Part shown: positions 16,383 through 27,651 of the stretch, piece by piece
How positions within the stretch are numbered: the first letter of the stretch is position 1
Layout: every line of letters begins with the position of its first letter
From: Nitrospirota bacterium
GTDB lineage: Bacteria > Nitrospirota > Thermodesulfovibrionia > Thermodesulfovibrionales > UBA1546
Length of the DNA: 64,000 nucleotides
Direction: 5' to 3'
Assembly (NCBI GenBank): GCA_009773185.1
Contig: WPIF01000006.1
Span: 14,677-78,676, forward strand
Position numbers and translations under genes: made by a program
The notes under the pieces: generated by a model
Seen by the model: only the letters and a program-made list of their open reading frames with translations
Told to the model about the DNA's origin: nothing
Database searches by the model: none

Positions 16383-17642
16383 ATGAATACCTATCAGATA
16401 ATTATTCCTTTGAGTTATCTCTGCGTAACCGCTTTTGGCTACTGGCTCCAGTTCCTTAATCTGAGCTATTTAAAGAGATACGGCCATATCGTCCCTGAGG
16501 AATTTAAGGGTTATATAGACGAAGGCTTGCTAAAGAAGACAAGGGATTACACCCTGGAGCACAGCCGGTTTGGTTTCATAGAATCGGCTTTTGACAATAT
16601 CATTGTTATTATCTTTTTCTTTGGCGGGCTGTTGAATATCTATAATTCATGGGTTGCATCCTTTAATCTCTCTTTTATTCTCTGGGGCATACTATTTTTT
16701 CTCATCCTGAGCTTTGCAAAAACGATTCTTGCAATACCCTTTGACCTTTACAGCACATTCAGAATAGAAAACAAATACGGTTTCAATACCATGACAGGGA
16801 AATTATGGCTGGCTGACTTTTTGAAATCGCTCCTGCTTTCGACGATACTAATCAGCATCATGAGCGCTGCGGCATTTTTTCTTATCAAGGCAAGCCCTGA
16901 TTTCTGGTGGTTTTTTGTGTGGCTCTTTTTCCTTTTGTTCAGCCTTTTCATGATGTATATCTCGCCTTATGTCATTGAGCCGCTTTTCAATAAATTTACG
17001 CCTGTTGAAGATGAGGAGATGGAAGGCTCTATAAAGGATTTAATGAAAAAAGCCGGCATTAAAGTGAGCAGGGTATTCAAGATGGATGCATCAAAGAGGA
17101 GCAAACATACAAATGCATATTTTTCAGGCATTGGAAAAGTAAAAAGGATAGTGCTTTATGACACCTTGCTTCAGATTATGAATAAAAATGAGGTTCTTTC
17201 TGTCCTGGCGCATGAGGCCGGCCACTGGAAGAAAAAACATGTCCTGAAAATGCTTGTTGTCATAGAGAGCCTCTCATTCATAGGCATATACATATCTTTC
17301 CGTATAATAAAAACAGGAATACTCGGCAGGCTTTTTGATATTCAGGCCGATACTATTTTTGTTAATCTGATTTTGCTTGGCTTTATCGGAGGCATAGTTT
17401 CTTTTCCTCTTACCCCGCTGTTCAGTTATCTGTCAAGGCGGCATGAGAAAGAGGCTGACAAATTCGCTGCTGAAATGACAGAGAATCCCGAGGCAATGGC
17501 GACATCATTAATAAAACTCTCAAAAGACAATCTCTCAAACCTTTATCCCCATCCTTTTTATGCATCTTTTTACTATTCTCATCCGCCGGTGGTGCAGAGG
17601 ATAAGGGAGATAATGGGAGAGGAGAAATATAAAAGGGGGTGA
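16383..17642 (+). CDS. M48-family (Ste24/HtpX-like) membrane zinc metalloprotease
   Basis: Multi-TM N-terminus, HEAGHWKKKH (HExxH) and a downstream EKEAD. Confidence 0.8.
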   Translation: MNTYQIIIPLSYLCVTAFGYWLQFLNLSYLKRYGHIVPEEFKGYIDEGLLKKTRDYTLEHSRFGFIESAFDNIIVIIFFFGGLLNIYNSWVASFNLSFILWGILFFLILSFAKTILAIPFDLYSTFRIENKYGFNTMTGKLWLADFLKSLLLSTILISIMSAAAFFLIKASPDFWWFFVWLFFLLFSLFMMYISPYVIEPLFNKFTPVEDEEMEGSIKDLMKKAGIKVSRVFKMDASKRSKHTNAYFSGIGKVKRIVLYDTLLQIMNKNEVLSVLAHEAGHWKKKHVLKMLVVIESLSFIGIYISFRIIKTGILGRLFDIQADTIFVNLILLGFIGGIVSFPLTPLFSYLSRRHEKEADKFAAEMTENPEAMATSLIKLSKDNLSNLYPHPFYASFYYSHPPVVQRIREIMGEEKYKRG

Positions 17643-17715
17643 TATAAATATAGCATCTGTAATAAACTATAAGCCAAGCGTTATTATTTTAAAAAACATG
17701 TAATGGAGGAATGAG

Positions 17716-18114
17716 ATGAAAGGGAAAACTGTTAGATATCTGGTGTTTGTTTCATTTATTATTTTTTTCTTAACAGGTACTGCCTTTGCCCTTACGTTCA
17801 ATGAATTGGAGAATAATCTTGATACTGATAAGAATACAAAGGTCAGCGTCAAGGAATACTGGAAAACAGTTAAGGGGCAGGAGGTGTCATGGACAGGGAG
17901 CGTTGTTGATGTAACGAGCGGAAAGAACAGATACAAGGTTTCTGTGAAATTAGGAAGTAGGAGCAGGCCAAATATTAGTCTTTTAACCTCTGATTCCGCG
18001 GCAGCAACACTCAAAAAGGGACAGTCAGTGAGGTTTAAGGGCTCTCTCCGTACCTATAGAAAGTGGGGAAGTCATTTTACTGTTGAATTGGATGATGTGA
18101 CAATACAGAAATGA
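17716..18114 (+). CDS. Secreted small protein, unknown function
   Basis: 132 aa with a signal-peptide-like N-terminus (FVSFIIFFLTGTAFA). Confidence 0.5.
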   Translation: MKGKTVRYLVFVSFIIFFLTGTAFALTFNELENNLDTDKNTKVSVKEYWKTVKGQEVSWTGSVVDVTSGKNRYKVSVKLGSRSRPNISLLTSDSAAATLKKGQSVRFKGSLRTYRKWGSHFTVELDDVTIQK

Positions 18115-18205
18115 AGTCTTTGTTTTTGAAATTTTCAAATACGGGGGCAGGCTCAAAACCTGCCTCCCATTAAACTTCCCAACAGATTACAGGATAGTTT
18201 CTATA

Positions 18206-18913
18206 ATGATAACTCTTGATGGCATCAGTAAATCCTTTGGCGGAACATTTGCTGTAAAGGACATCTCCCTTACTGTTGGTAATGGCGAGATATTCGGGCT
18301 TGTAGGGCCAAACGGCGCAGGAAAGACAACAACCATAAGGATGATGACAGGGCTGCTGAGGCCTGACAAAGGTAAGATTTTAATCGGCGCATACGATATT
18401 GTTGCAGAACCAATAAAGGCAAAGTCAATTCTCGGCTATGTGCCTGATAAATCCTTCCTTTATGAAAAACTTACTGCAAGGGAATTTCTGGCCTTCATAT
18501 CATCAATATACAATGTTGAGAAATCAGAAGCGCTGGCAGGAATGGAAAGGCTTCTTGAGCTATTCGGGATTAAGGATATAGAGGATGAACTTGTCGAGAG
18601 CTTTTCGCAGGGGATGAGGCAGAGGCTTTTGTTTACTGCTGCATTGATTCATAATCCCTCAGTTCTTTTGATAGATGAACCGTTCATGGGGCTGGACCCT
18701 TTTGGAGTAAGGATGCTCAAGGGAGTTATACAGGACTTAAGCTCAAGCGGCATTACTATTTTTCTTGCAACGCACAGCCTTCATATCGCAGAGGAATTAT
18801 GCAGCAGGGTAGGGTTCATAAATAAGGGTTCTCTGGTTGCAATTAAAAACAGTGAGGAGATAAAAAATATAGAAGGCGGGCTTGAGGGGTTGTTTTTGAG
18901 GATGGGAAGTTAG
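18206..18913 (+). CDS. ABC transporter ATP-binding protein
   Basis: Walker A GPNGAGKTT, signature FSQGMRQR, Walker B LLLIDEP. Confidence 0.85.
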   Translation: MITLDGISKSFGGTFAVKDISLTVGNGEIFGLVGPNGAGKTTTIRMMTGLLRPDKGKILIGAYDIVAEPIKAKSILGYVPDKSFLYEKLTAREFLAFISSIYNVEKSEALAGMERLLELFGIKDIEDELVESFSQGMRQRLLFTAALIHNPSVLLIDEPFMGLDPFGVRMLKGVIQDLSSSGITIFLATHSLHIAEELCSRVGFINKGSLVAIKNSEEIKNIEGGLEGLFLRMGS

Positions 18914-18932
18914 GAGAATATTTTAAGAGATC

Positions 18933-20558
18933 ATGCTGACTTTACTTATAAAGCCAAAGATGCTGTCAATCAAAAATTCGATTAACACCGGGATTATGTT
19001 GCGGAGGCTGCCGTTTGTCGCAATCGGTGCCGGGTTCTGGATTTTATTCTACATCGGGACATATAAGGTGCTGAATTATGTAAGGGGCATTGAGTTTTTG
19101 GGAGAGATGCTTTCGGGGAAACTTTTCTCAATGACGTTTTTCAGCCTTCTCGGATTCCTGATATTGAGTAATATAATTACTGCCATATCTTCTTTCTATC
19201 TTTCAAGAGATATCCCGTTTCTTCTCTCAAAGCCCATTGCGATGCGTGATATTATCAGGCTTAAATCATTCGAAACAATCCTGAATTCATCATGGATGGT
19301 CATGTCTTTCATTCCGCCTGTCTTTATCGCATACGGAGTCAGCTATAATGCATCGCTGAATTATTACATAACTGTCTTTGCTGCCTTCATGATGTTTATA
19401 CTTATAACAGCAGGTCTCGGCATTATCATGGCCCATATACTTACGAGACTATTCCCTGCCAAGAGGTCAAGAGACATCCTGCTTGGGCTTGGCATTATAC
19501 TTTTTCTTGCGCTTTATTTTATCCTGAAATCTGTTGTGCCGCACGACATCAGTAAGCCCGAGGATTTTGTAGGCTCTATCATGAGATTTAAAACAGACTC
19601 ATTTCTTCTGCCGAGTCACTGGATTACAGAAGCAATCTTGCCCCTGCTGAAAAATCAAAAATCAGATATCTTTTATCTATTATTGCTTTTCAGCAATAGT
19701 GCATTCTTTCTCCTTCTGTCGGCAATAACGGGCAATAAACTTTACAGGAGTAATATCGAGAGGATACAACCTTCAGGAAAAAGTGCAGGAAAATTTCTGA
19801 GGAGTTTTTATCCTGAACGCAATATGGCGTTAATCTACAAAGATACAAGGATATTTTTCAGGGATACAGGCCAGTGGTCGCAGATATTCATAATCGGCGC
19901 GCTTATTATGGTGTATATATATAATTTCAAGTCTATTCCGATGGATGCAATAGCAGGGTTGTCGCCATTTATCAGGGAGCTGATGGTGCTTATTAATATG
20001 GTTCTGGCAGGGATGGTGCTTTCTGCTGTGGCAGCGAGGTTTCTTTACACATCCGTAAGCCTTGAAGGCGAGGCGTTCTGGGTCATAAGGACTGCTCCGG
20101 TTGAGATGTCTGGATTTCTGCGGTCAAAGCTTTTATATGCCTGCATACCTCTGACGCTGCTTATGGTATCCCTTGTCTTTGTAACCAATCTGGCAATGAA
20201 TGTCAGTGGAATCCTGATGTCCGCATCTGTGGCAACAACATTGATGCTTTGTATTTCAATAAGCGGGCTTGGGACAGGTTTTGGCGCAATATATCCGAAA
20301 TTCAAATACGAAAACATTGCATCTGTCTCCATGAGCCTCGGAGGAATGGCGTTTATGCTGATTGCCTTCAGTGTTGTGATTGTTACATTATCGCTTGAGG
20401 CTTGGATTTTTTATCTCCATCGGATAAAGTTGATTAGCGGGTTTAACTGGCAGAGTACATTGTGTGTAGTTCTAATTTTTCTGATAAACACTGCTGCCTT
20501 TTATCTGCCCATGAGGATAGGGGAGAAAAAGCTTCAGGACAATGCAGGAGTTATTTAA
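18933..20558 (+). CDS. Putative ABC exporter permease (multi-TM)
   Basis: 541 aa with >=10 hydrophobic helices. Directly follows the ATPase. Confidence 0.6.
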   Translation: MLTLLIKPKMLSIKNSINTGIMLRRLPFVAIGAGFWILFYIGTYKVLNYVRGIEFLGEMLSGKLFSMTFFSLLGFLILSNIITAISSFYLSRDIPFLLSKPIAMRDIIRLKSFETILNSSWMVMSFIPPVFIAYGVSYNASLNYYITVFAAFMMFILITAGLGIIMAHILTRLFPAKRSRDILLGLGIILFLALYFILKSVVPHDISKPEDFVGSIMRFKTDSFLLPSHWITEAILPLLKNQKSDIFYLLLLFSNSAFFLLLSAITGNKLYRSNIERIQPSGKSAGKFLRSFYPERNMALIYKDTRIFFRDTGQWSQIFIIGALIMVYIYNFKSIPMDAIAGLSPFIRELMVLINMVLAGMVLSAVAARFLYTSVSLEGEAFWVIRTAPVEMSGFLRSKLLYACIPLTLLMVSLVFVTNLAMNVSGILMSASVATTLMLCISISGLGTGFGAIYPKFKYENIASVSMSLGGMAFMLIAFSVVIVTLSLEAWIFYLHRIKLISGFNWQSTLCVVLIFLINTAAFYLPMRIGEKKLQDNAGVI

Positions 20559-21090
20559 GTTTCTCAAGCTCCCTTTTAAAATGCTCCATTGTCTTGTCAT
20601 CATAAACGCAGAACTCGACAACTTCAATCGAGGTTTTCTGATTTTTGAGAAAATTTGCTGATTCATTTACGAGTATCTTTGCGCATCTGTCCTTGGGAAA
20701 ACCGAATATGCCGGAGCTTATAGCAGGCATCGAAACACTTTTTAAACCTTTTTCTGATGCAAGCTTAAGCGTACTGTTTACCGCGCTTTTGAGTTTGTTG
20801 TCCTCATCTCCTTCGCCCATCCTCGGGCCAACAGTATGTATTACAAACTTTGAGGGAAGTTTTCCCGCAGATGTGATTACTGCTGTACCAACGGGTGTAT
20901 AGCCAAGCTTATCGCTTTCATCCTGAATTGTCTGCCCGCCTTTTCTGACAATAGCTCCTGCAACACCGCCGCCGTGCTGGAGATGGGAATTTGCCGCGTT
21001 TACAATAGCATCCACATTTCTTTCAGTAATATCTCCCTGGACAAGGCGCAATGTTTTGTTTGCTATCGTATGTTCGGTTATCAGTTTCAT
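20551..21090 (-). CDS. Macro-domain protein (ADP-ribose-binding / deacetylase type)
   Basis: LVQGDITERNVDAIVNAANSHLQHGGGVAGAI and ISSGIFGFP. The start is set at ATG 21090 (GGAGG SD), because the longer ORF to 21180 translates a repeat element. Confidence 0.8.
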   Translation of the reverse strand: MKLITEHTIANKTLRLVQGDITERNVDAIVNAANSHLQHGGGVAGAIVRKGGQTIQDESDKLGYTPVGTAVITSAGKLPSKFVIHTVGPRMGEGDEDNKLKSAVNSTLKLASEKGLKSVSMPAISSGIFGFPKDRCAKILVNESANFLKNQKTSIEVVEFCVYDDKTMEHFKRELEKLK

Positions 21091-21109
21091 TAAAAAATCC
21101 TCCTGTCTT

Positions 21110-21178
21110 GTCATTCCGCACTTGATGCGGAATCCAGAATTATTGTCTTCACTGGATTCCCGCTTTCGCGGGAATGAC
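21110..21178. repeat. 69-bp double-hairpin palindromic element
   Basis: GTCATTCCGCACTTGATGCGGAATCCAG ... CTGGATTCCCGCTTTCGCGGGAATGAC. The two arms are inverted copies and each arm is itself a hairpin. Confidence 0.8.
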
Positions 21179-21246
21179 ATTTACTCTTTATCACGTGTGA
21201 TAAAGAGTATGGGCATATTATATAAAATTTTGTGGTATAATTTGAC

Positions 21247-22548
21247 ATGCTTAAGAAAATAATTTTATTTGTTATTTTCACGGCTTTTTTTGTATCTACT
21301 TCGGTTTTTTCGGAAACGCAGAAAACAGAAACAAAAAAAAATAACGTAATTGTTATTACTGTCAATGGTGTAATCAATCCTTCCTCTGCTGAATATATAG
21401 GCAAGAGCATTAAAAAGGCAAACGAACGCAAACCCGATGCCTTGATAATCGAGCTGGACACTCCGGGCGGCCTTGATACCTCTATGAGAAGCATAGTCAA
21501 GGATATAATCGGCAGCGAAGTCCCTGTGGTTGTTTATGTGTCGCCGAGCGGGGCGCGGGCAGCATCAGCGGGTGTGTTTATAATGCTTGCCTCGCATGTT
21601 GCTGCGATGTCTCCTGGAACAAATATCGGCGCAGCTCATCCTGTCGGTGTCGGCGAGAAGATGGATAAGACAATGGCTGAAAAGGCAACGAATGACGCCG
21701 CAGCTTATATAAGGTCACTTGCAGAAAGGACAGGCAGAAACGCAAAGTGGGCTGAAGATGCTGTAAGAAAGAGCATATCTGCAACAGAGACAGAGGCATT
21801 AAATCAAAAAGTCATTGACCTCGTGAGCAAAGACCTCAACACGCTTCTTTCAGGTATAGACGGCAGGAAGGTCAGAACTGTTATGGGAGAGAAGACCCTG
21901 AAGACCGCAAAGGCCAATGTTATCAGAGAAGAGATGAGTTTAAGGCATAAGATTCTTAACTTTATCACTGACCCGAATGTGGCTTATATGCTGATGCTCC
22001 TCGGGTTCTATGGATTGTTTTTTGAGCTCACAAATCCCGGCGCTATATTTCCGGGTGTAATGGGAGGGATATGCCTGATACTTGCGTTCTATGCATTCCA
22101 GACACTGCCTGTAAATTATGCCGGGCTTCTCCTCATAATTTTGGCTATCATACTTTTTATACTCGAAGTAAAGATTGTTTCACATGGCGTTCTGACCATC
22201 GGCGGTGTTATCTCTATGCTCATAGGCTCTTTGATGTTATTTGAATCACCCGGGCCTTTTATGAAATTATCTCTTTTCCTGGTACTTCCGGCAGTAATTC
22301 TAACAGCGCTGTTTTTTACAGTTATGCTTGGCCTTGCATACAAGGCGCATAAGAGGAAACCAGTTACAGGTTCAGAAGGGCTTATCGGATTGAAGGGAAT
22401 TGCAAATGCAGATATAACAAAAGAAGGCGGTATGGTATTATTACACGGGGAGATTTGGTCTGCATATTCTGATGAAACCATATCCAAAGGTGAAAAGATA
22501 ACAGTCGAGTCTGTAACAGGGTTGAAGGTAAAAGTCAAAAAACAATAA
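21247..22548 (+). CDS. NfeD-family membrane-bound ClpP-class serine protease
   Basis: Signal peptide, a ClpP-like domain (ELDTPGG...SAGVFI), a TM block and a C-terminal OB-like NfeD domain. Followed by an SPFH gene. Confidence 0.8.
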   Translation: MLKKIILFVIFTAFFVSTSVFSETQKTETKKNNVIVITVNGVINPSSAEYIGKSIKKANERKPDALIIELDTPGGLDTSMRSIVKDIIGSEVPVVVYVSPSGARAASAGVFIMLASHVAAMSPGTNIGAAHPVGVGEKMDKTMAEKATNDAAAYIRSLAERTGRNAKWAEDAVRKSISATETEALNQKVIDLVSKDLNTLLSGIDGRKVRTVMGEKTLKTAKANVIREEMSLRHKILNFITDPNVAYMLMLLGFYGLFFELTNPGAIFPGVMGGICLILAFYAFQTLPVNYAGLLLIILAIILFILEVKIVSHGVLTIGGVISMLIGSLMLFESPGPFMKLSLFLVLPAVILTALFFTVMLGLAYKAHKRKPVTGSEGLIGLKGIANADITKEGGMVLLHGEIWSAYSDETISKGEKITVESVTGLKVKVKKQ

Positions 22549-22586
22549 GATAGGTCTTATACGACTTATAAAAAAGGAGGTTTAAA

Positions 22587-23351
22587 ATGGGAATACCGCC
22601 GGTAGTTATGGGTTTTTTGTTTGTAATATTCATGGTCGTCTATTTCCTTTCGAGCGCAATAAAGATATTAAGGGAATATGAGAGGGGTGTTGTATTCAGG
22701 CTTGGAAGAATTATACCTGTAAAAGGGCCGGGCCTTGTAATCATAATCCCGATAATAGATAAACTTGTAAGGGTGAGCCTCAGGACAGTAACCATGGATG
22801 TTCCTCCTCAGGATATAATAACAAGGGACAATATAACAGTTAAGGTCAATGCGGTTATCTATTTCAGGGTGATTGGCCCTATAAAGGCAATTACAGAGGT
22901 AGAGGATTTCTACTATGCAACTTCACAGATTGCCCAGACGAGTCTCAGAAGCATCCTCGGCCAGAGCCAGCTTGACGACCTCCTTGCCAAAAGGGATGAG
23001 TTGAACGCTGAACTTCAAAAGGTCATTGATTTTCAGACAGAACCCTGGGGCATAAAGGTCTCGACCGTTGAGGTGAAGAACGTTGATATACCTGTTGAGA
23101 TGCAGCGCGCCATTGCGCGCCAGGCAGAGGCAGAGCGTGAAAGAAGGGCAAAGGTCATACACGCAGAGGGAGAATTCCAGGCATCCCAGAAGCTTGCAGA
23201 TGCAGCAAAGATAATAGCAACAGAAAGCGGGGCGCTGCAGCTGAGATTTCTCCAGACCCTTACGGAGATTGCGACTGAGAAAAACTCAACAATAATATTC
23301 CCGGTGCCGATAGATCTGATTAAACCCTTTATTGACAAAATGGGAAAATAA
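22587..23351 (+). CDS. SPFH/band-7 (stomatin/prohibitin-like) protein
   Basis: [12 protein letters not shown]..., ...[23 protein letters not shown]... Confidence 0.85.
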   Translation: MGIPPVVMGFLFVIFMVVYFLSSAIKILREYERGVVFRLGRIIPVKGPGLVIIIPIIDKLVRVSLRTVTMDVPPQDIITRDNITVKVNAVIYFRVIGPIKAITEVEDFYYATSQIAQTSLRSILGQSQLDDLLAKRDELNAELQKVIDFQTEPWGIKVSTVEVKNVDIPVEMQRAIARQAEAERERRAKVIHAEGEFQASQKLADAAKIIATESGALQLRFLQTLTEIATEKNSTIIFPVPIDLIKPFIDKMGK

Positions 23352-23474
23352 AACAGGCTCGCGGCCTTTGAAGGTCTGAGACCCGTGGGGAGTTAACCAA
23401 TAGTTCTGCTCAAAAATAGGATATGGCTCAGGCTTATTGCCCTGCTGCTGATTATTGCGGGTTCCTTTCTTATC

Positions 23475-24104
23475 ATGTATAAGACAGGACTTGTTGCTTT
23501 TTTTCTGGATAAGGAAAAGATAACAGGTTTTCTTAATTCTCTTGGCCCGCTTTCTTTTGCAGGATTTATAATCATTCAGGCTATACAGGTTATTGCCGCT
23601 CCAATACCCGGGGAAGTAACCGGGTTTATCGGCGGATATCTGTATGGCATATCTCTGGGGATAACGCTTTCCACAATCGGCCTGACCATTGGCTCATATT
23701 TGGCTTTTACCCTTTCAAGATTTCTGGGAAGGCCGTTTGTTGAGAAGTTCATAAAAAAAGAGACAATGGAAAGATATGATTATCTCCTTCACCATAAGGG
23801 TGCATTCCTCATATTTCTCCTCTTTCTGATACCTGGGTTCCCGAAGGATTCCTTATGCTATATCATTGGCTTGGGGCATCTGACCACAAAGGAGTTCCTT
23901 GTTATCAGCACTGTCGGAAGATTTGGAGGCACTGTCCTGCTTACGCTCGGCGGTAATTATATACACCGTCACCAGTATTACAGTTTTTTTGTGCTGATAG
24001 GGGTTGCCATAATTGTTGTTTTTTTATCTATGGTCTATAAAGACAAGCTTGAGCATGTTTTCAAAAAGTTGCATCGCCAGCACAAAGGGGAAGACAGAAA
24101 ATAA
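23475..24104 (+). CDS. TVP38/TMEM64 (DedA-related) family membrane protein
   Basis: Contains FIPGFPKD. The frame stays open upstream to 23397 and encodes another TM helix, so the true start may be a non-ATG codon upstream. Confidence 0.6.
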   Translation: MYKTGLVAFFLDKEKITGFLNSLGPLSFAGFIIIQAIQVIAAPIPGEVTGFIGGYLYGISLGITLSTIGLTIGSYLAFTLSRFLGRPFVEKFIKKETMERYDYLLHHKGAFLIFLLFLIPGFPKDSLCYIIGLGHLTTKEFLVISTVGRFGGTVLLTLGGNYIHRHQYYSFFVLIGVAIIVVFLSMVYKDKLEHVFKKLHRQHKGEDRK

Positions 24105-24348
24105 TCCCGCATAATCTGTTCTGCCGTCAAAGTTTTTTAAAAAGCAGCCGATAATTCTTTAATAGCAGCCTATATCCTTATGCCTTTCTGAACCCTTATG
24201 TTTCTACGGGAGGCGGAAAGGGGGTGAGAATATGCCTCCTTAAAGCAGAAAAAATTATAAGACATCGCGGGTCCATGGCCGATAGAAAAATTTTTCTATC
24301 AAAATTCTTTTAACCCACAGCAAAAAAATAAATCAAGAGGAGTATAGC

Positions 24349-25404
24349 ATGAAAAAACTATCAGATTATAAGGACAGTAACATTCAGGAAAATATATGGA
24401 AAATTGGCGAGAAAAGTGAAGAATATATCAGGCATCTTGACGAGGCAACAGGGTTGTTCAATAAAAAGCTTGAGGATATTGAAAAGAGATGTTCTGACCC
24501 TGATGAAAATGCGGATGGGCTTTTAGAGGCGATTGCAAAGGCCATGCTCGACATGAGCTATGCGTGCGAGGAATTTGAAGAAAAATTTGCTTATGACAAA
24601 ACGCTAATAAAAAATGCCCAGGTCGAATTCCGTAAAAAAACAGACTATATTATTTCCAAAAGTTATTTCTTGAATCACGCAAGAATATGGCCGAGGGGAT
24701 ACCCAGGAGATTATAAAATAATCGAAGGTCTCTATAAAAATATAGAAATGTCCAGGGGAATAGGGCGTTATCTGGATAGATATTTTCTTTCCATTATAAC
24801 GCTTGCGGTGGCTGTCAAGGGACGGAAGGATACATTGTCAAAACTTTTAGAAGCAGATCTCAGGGAACGAAAAGAACCTAAAATTCTCGATATTGCCTGC
24901 GGCCCCTGCCGCGAGATTTTTGAGTTGGCCCCGAATATTAAAAAAAGCGGCGCCAAGGTGACATGTCTTGATCAGGATTCTGAGGCGCTGAGTTTTTCAG
25001 CAAACCGCTTGTCATATTCGGGTCTTGCATCAGGTCAGGTGGAATTCCGTAAATATAATGCTGTCAGAATGATTAATCATGAGAGAAATCTCAAGGAATT
25101 CGGGCAGCAGGATGTAATTTATAGTGTCGGGCTTTTTGACTATCTCGATGATGATGTGCTCACAAGACTGCTTGGCACTCTTTATAGATTACTCTCGCCC
25201 GGAGGACGCCTGATAACTTCGTTTAAAGATTCCCGCCGCTACAGTACGTTCGACAATAAATGGCTCCTTGACTGGGATGCTTTTTTACAGCGTACAGAGG
25301 AGGATATGTGGAATTTATTTGAGAATGCAGGCATTCCACTCACCGCTCTGACTACAACCCGTGAGGCATCGGGGGTTATCGTTTTCTTTGCAGCTTCCAA
25401 GTAA
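24349..25404 (+). CDS. Class I SAM-dependent methyltransferase with an N-terminal helical domain
   Basis: Motif I ILDIACGPCRE and post-I VTCLDQD. Confidence 0.7.
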   Translation: MKKLSDYKDSNIQENIWKIGEKSEEYIRHLDEATGLFNKKLEDIEKRCSDPDENADGLLEAIAKAMLDMSYACEEFEEKFAYDKTLIKNAQVEFRKKTDYIISKSYFLNHARIWPRGYPGDYKIIEGLYKNIEMSRGIGRYLDRYFLSIITLAVAVKGRKDTLSKLLEADLRERKEPKILDIACGPCREIFELAPNIKKSGAKVTCLDQDSEALSFSANRLSYSGLASGQVEFRKYNAVRMINHERNLKEFGQQDVIYSVGLFDYLDDDVLTRLLGTLYRLLSPGGRLITSFKDSRRYSTFDNKWLLDWDAFLQRTEEDMWNLFENAGIPLTALTTTREASGVIVFFAASK

Positions 25405-25414
25405 ACAGGAACAA

Positions 25415-25445
25415 GGCTGGACACCCGCAAAAAGGGTGTCCAGCC
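25415..25445 (+). terminator. Strong 12-bp stem hairpin after the methyltransferase gene
   Basis: GGCTGGACACCC-gcaaaaa-GGGTGTCCAGCC. No U-tract. Confidence 0.45.
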
Positions 25446-25491
25446 TGTAAAATCGGTTGACAAGTTTTTTTTTGAAGCTATAATTAAATAT

Positions 25492-27651
25492 ATGACGGAA
25501 AAAAGTAAATACATCGAGGAACAGATTTCTAAAATACTTCAGTTCTGGATCGGCATCGTATTATTGCTTGCCATCAGCCTTTTCCTTCTCCTTGGAATAA
25601 TGGATTATTTTGTAACACCTGAGAATTTTGAAAAATTTGGCATTTACAGGGTGAGCATATCATCTGTTCTTGCCTTTCTCTACTATCTAAACAGGCTTAA
25701 AAAAAATAGAAACTATCAATATATCATAATCACTATTATGGTTATTTTATCGGCTGTGACTATAGAACTGATGATTTTGCAACTCGGCGGCCACAGGTCA
25801 AATTACTATGCAGGGCTTAACCTTCTCATTATTGCTGCCTTAGGCCTTATACCTTACAGCCTGCCTCTATCAATATCCGTAGCATCTGTGATCTATGCAA
25901 TCTATATTATTCCTATCCTGATCTTTGATAAGATTACAGATATCCCTGTCTTTGTAAGCAATAATGCCTTTATGGTTTCCACGTTTATCATTGCTCTCAC
26001 ATGGAGAATCTTGACCCAAAAAACTATGCTCAACGAACTCAGCCTTCAATATGACATCGAACAAGAAAAGAAAAAGCTTAAACATTATTCTGACGAGCTT
26101 GAAAATCTGGTTTCTGAGCGGACAAAAGAGCTGAATAAATCAGAATTGATGTTGAGATCCCTTTTTGAGGATGCCAATGACGGCATAATGATCATGGACA
26201 GAAACGGGATAATACTTAATGTTAATCAGAAAGCCTGCGATATGCATGGTTTTGACAGGAAGGCGCTTATCGGGGTAAATATTGAACTCCTTGAGAGAGA
26301 AGAAAACAAACAATTATTCAGGGAGCGCATGGAACGCATATTAAACTACGAAGCGTTGATGTTTGAAACTCAACATTACAGAAAGGATGGAAGCAAAGTC
26401 TTCCTGGAAATCAGCTCAAAGGCTATAGAAGTGGAAGGACATGTCCTGATTCAGTCGTTTCACAGGGATATTACCGAAAAAAAGAAACTTCAGGAACATT
26501 TGTTCCAGTCGCAGAAAATGGAATCCGTTGGAACGCTTGCAGGCGGGATTGCCCATGACTTTAATAATGTGCTGACAGGCATTCTCGGGCAGGTTGAACT
26601 TATGCGTATGACTGACGGATTGGAAGAAAAGATAATAAAAAGGCTGAATATTATTGAAAGCGCAGCCCGGAGGGTAAGCGTTACAATTTCAAAGCTCCTG
26701 GGGTTTGCGCGCAGGAGAAACTATGAAATACTGCCTTTTGATATCAATGAAGTTATTAAGGATACGGTAAAATTGCTTGAGAAGGTTGTAGATAAGAAAA
26801 TAAATATCAGGCTGGAACTCGGCGATAACATTCCATTGATTGAATGCGACGTCAACCAGATGGAACAGGTCATTATGAATCTGATTGTTAATGCGCGGGA
26901 TGCTATGCCGGATGGAGGCGTTATTTTGATTAAGACCGGTTATGTGAATACTGAAAAACGCATGCCCGATATACCGCCTTATATTAAGCCCGGTGAATAT
27001 ATTTTATTAAGGGTATCCGATTCGGGCTGCGGAATGCCCGAAGATATAATTAATAAAGTATTCGAGCCTTTTTTCACTACGAAGGACTGTGGCAAAGGCA
27101 CGGGACTGGGTCTTTTCATGGTTTATGAGATCATTAAAGATCACGGGGGGTACCTTAGCGTCAAGAGCAAGATAAACAAGGGAAGCGTATTTGATATCTA
27201 CATGCCTGCTTCTGATAAAAAAGCTCCTGCGTTTGCAGGACGACCTCTTGCTTTTCGAAAAGAAAGCCATGAAACTATATTTGTTGTTGATGACGATGAG
27301 TATGCCCTGACCTTTATAAGAGAAGTTCTGGAAATGCACGGTTACAATGTTTTAGCTGTAAATAACCCTATCAGCGCGCTTGATGCCTTTCAAAGGATAT
27401 CTGACGACGTGGCTCTTGTCATTATGGATATTGTTATGCCTCTGATGGATGGCAGGGAATTGGCGGAGTATATAAGATTGAAAAAACCGGCAGCCAGGAT
27501 TCTGGCAATTTCAGGCTATAACAAATATGCTGCGGATAAAAACAGCCTGAGGGTAAACGGATTTTTGCAGAAACCTTTTGGCTCCGGGGACCTGCTTTTA
27601 AAAGTAAGACAAATCCTTGATCTAAAAGATATGGATATCGCCATAAATTAA
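25492..27651 (+). CDS. Hybrid sensor histidine kinase / response regulator (multi-TM, PAS, HisKA, HATPase, REC)
   Basis: [16 protein letters not shown] (H-box), an N-box/G-box (GTGLGL) and a C-terminal REC (VVDDDE...DIVMP). Confidence 0.85.
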   Translation: MTEKSKYIEEQISKILQFWIGIVLLLAISLFLLLGIMDYFVTPENFEKFGIYRVSISSVLAFLYYLNRLKKNRNYQYIIITIMVILSAVTIELMILQLGGHRSNYYAGLNLLIIAALGLIPYSLPLSISVASVIYAIYIIPILIFDKITDIPVFVSNNAFMVSTFIIALTWRILTQKTMLNELSLQYDIEQEKKKLKHYSDELENLVSERTKELNKSELMLRSLFEDANDGIMIMDRNGIILNVNQKACDMHGFDRKALIGVNIELLEREENKQLFRERMERILNYEALMFETQHYRKDGSKVFLEISSKAIEVEGHVLIQSFHRDITEKKKLQEHLFQSQKMESVGTLAGGIAHDFNNVLTGILGQVELMRMTDGLEEKIIKRLNIIESAARRVSVTISKLLGFARRRNYEILPFDINEVIKDTVKLLEKVVDKKINIRLELGDNIPLIECDVNQMEQVIMNLIVNARDAMPDGGVILIKTGYVNTEKRMPDIPPYIKPGEYILLRVSDSGCGMPEDIINKVFEPFFTTKDCGKGTGLGLFMVYEIIKDHGGYLSVKSKINKGSVFDIYMPASDKKAPAFAGRPLAFRKESHETIFVVDDDEYALTFIREVLEMHGYNVLAVNNPISALDAFQRISDDVALVIMDIVMPLMDGRELAEYIRLKKPAARILAISGYNKYAADKNSLRVNGFLQKPFGSGDLLLKVRQILDLKDMDIAIN

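Noticed and set aside
21091-21180. N-terminal extension MSFPRKRESSEDNNSGFRIKCGMTRQEDFL of the macro-domain ORF
   Set aside because: It is encoded by a palindromic repeat element. A GGAGG SD precedes the internal ATG at 21090, where homology to macro domains begins.
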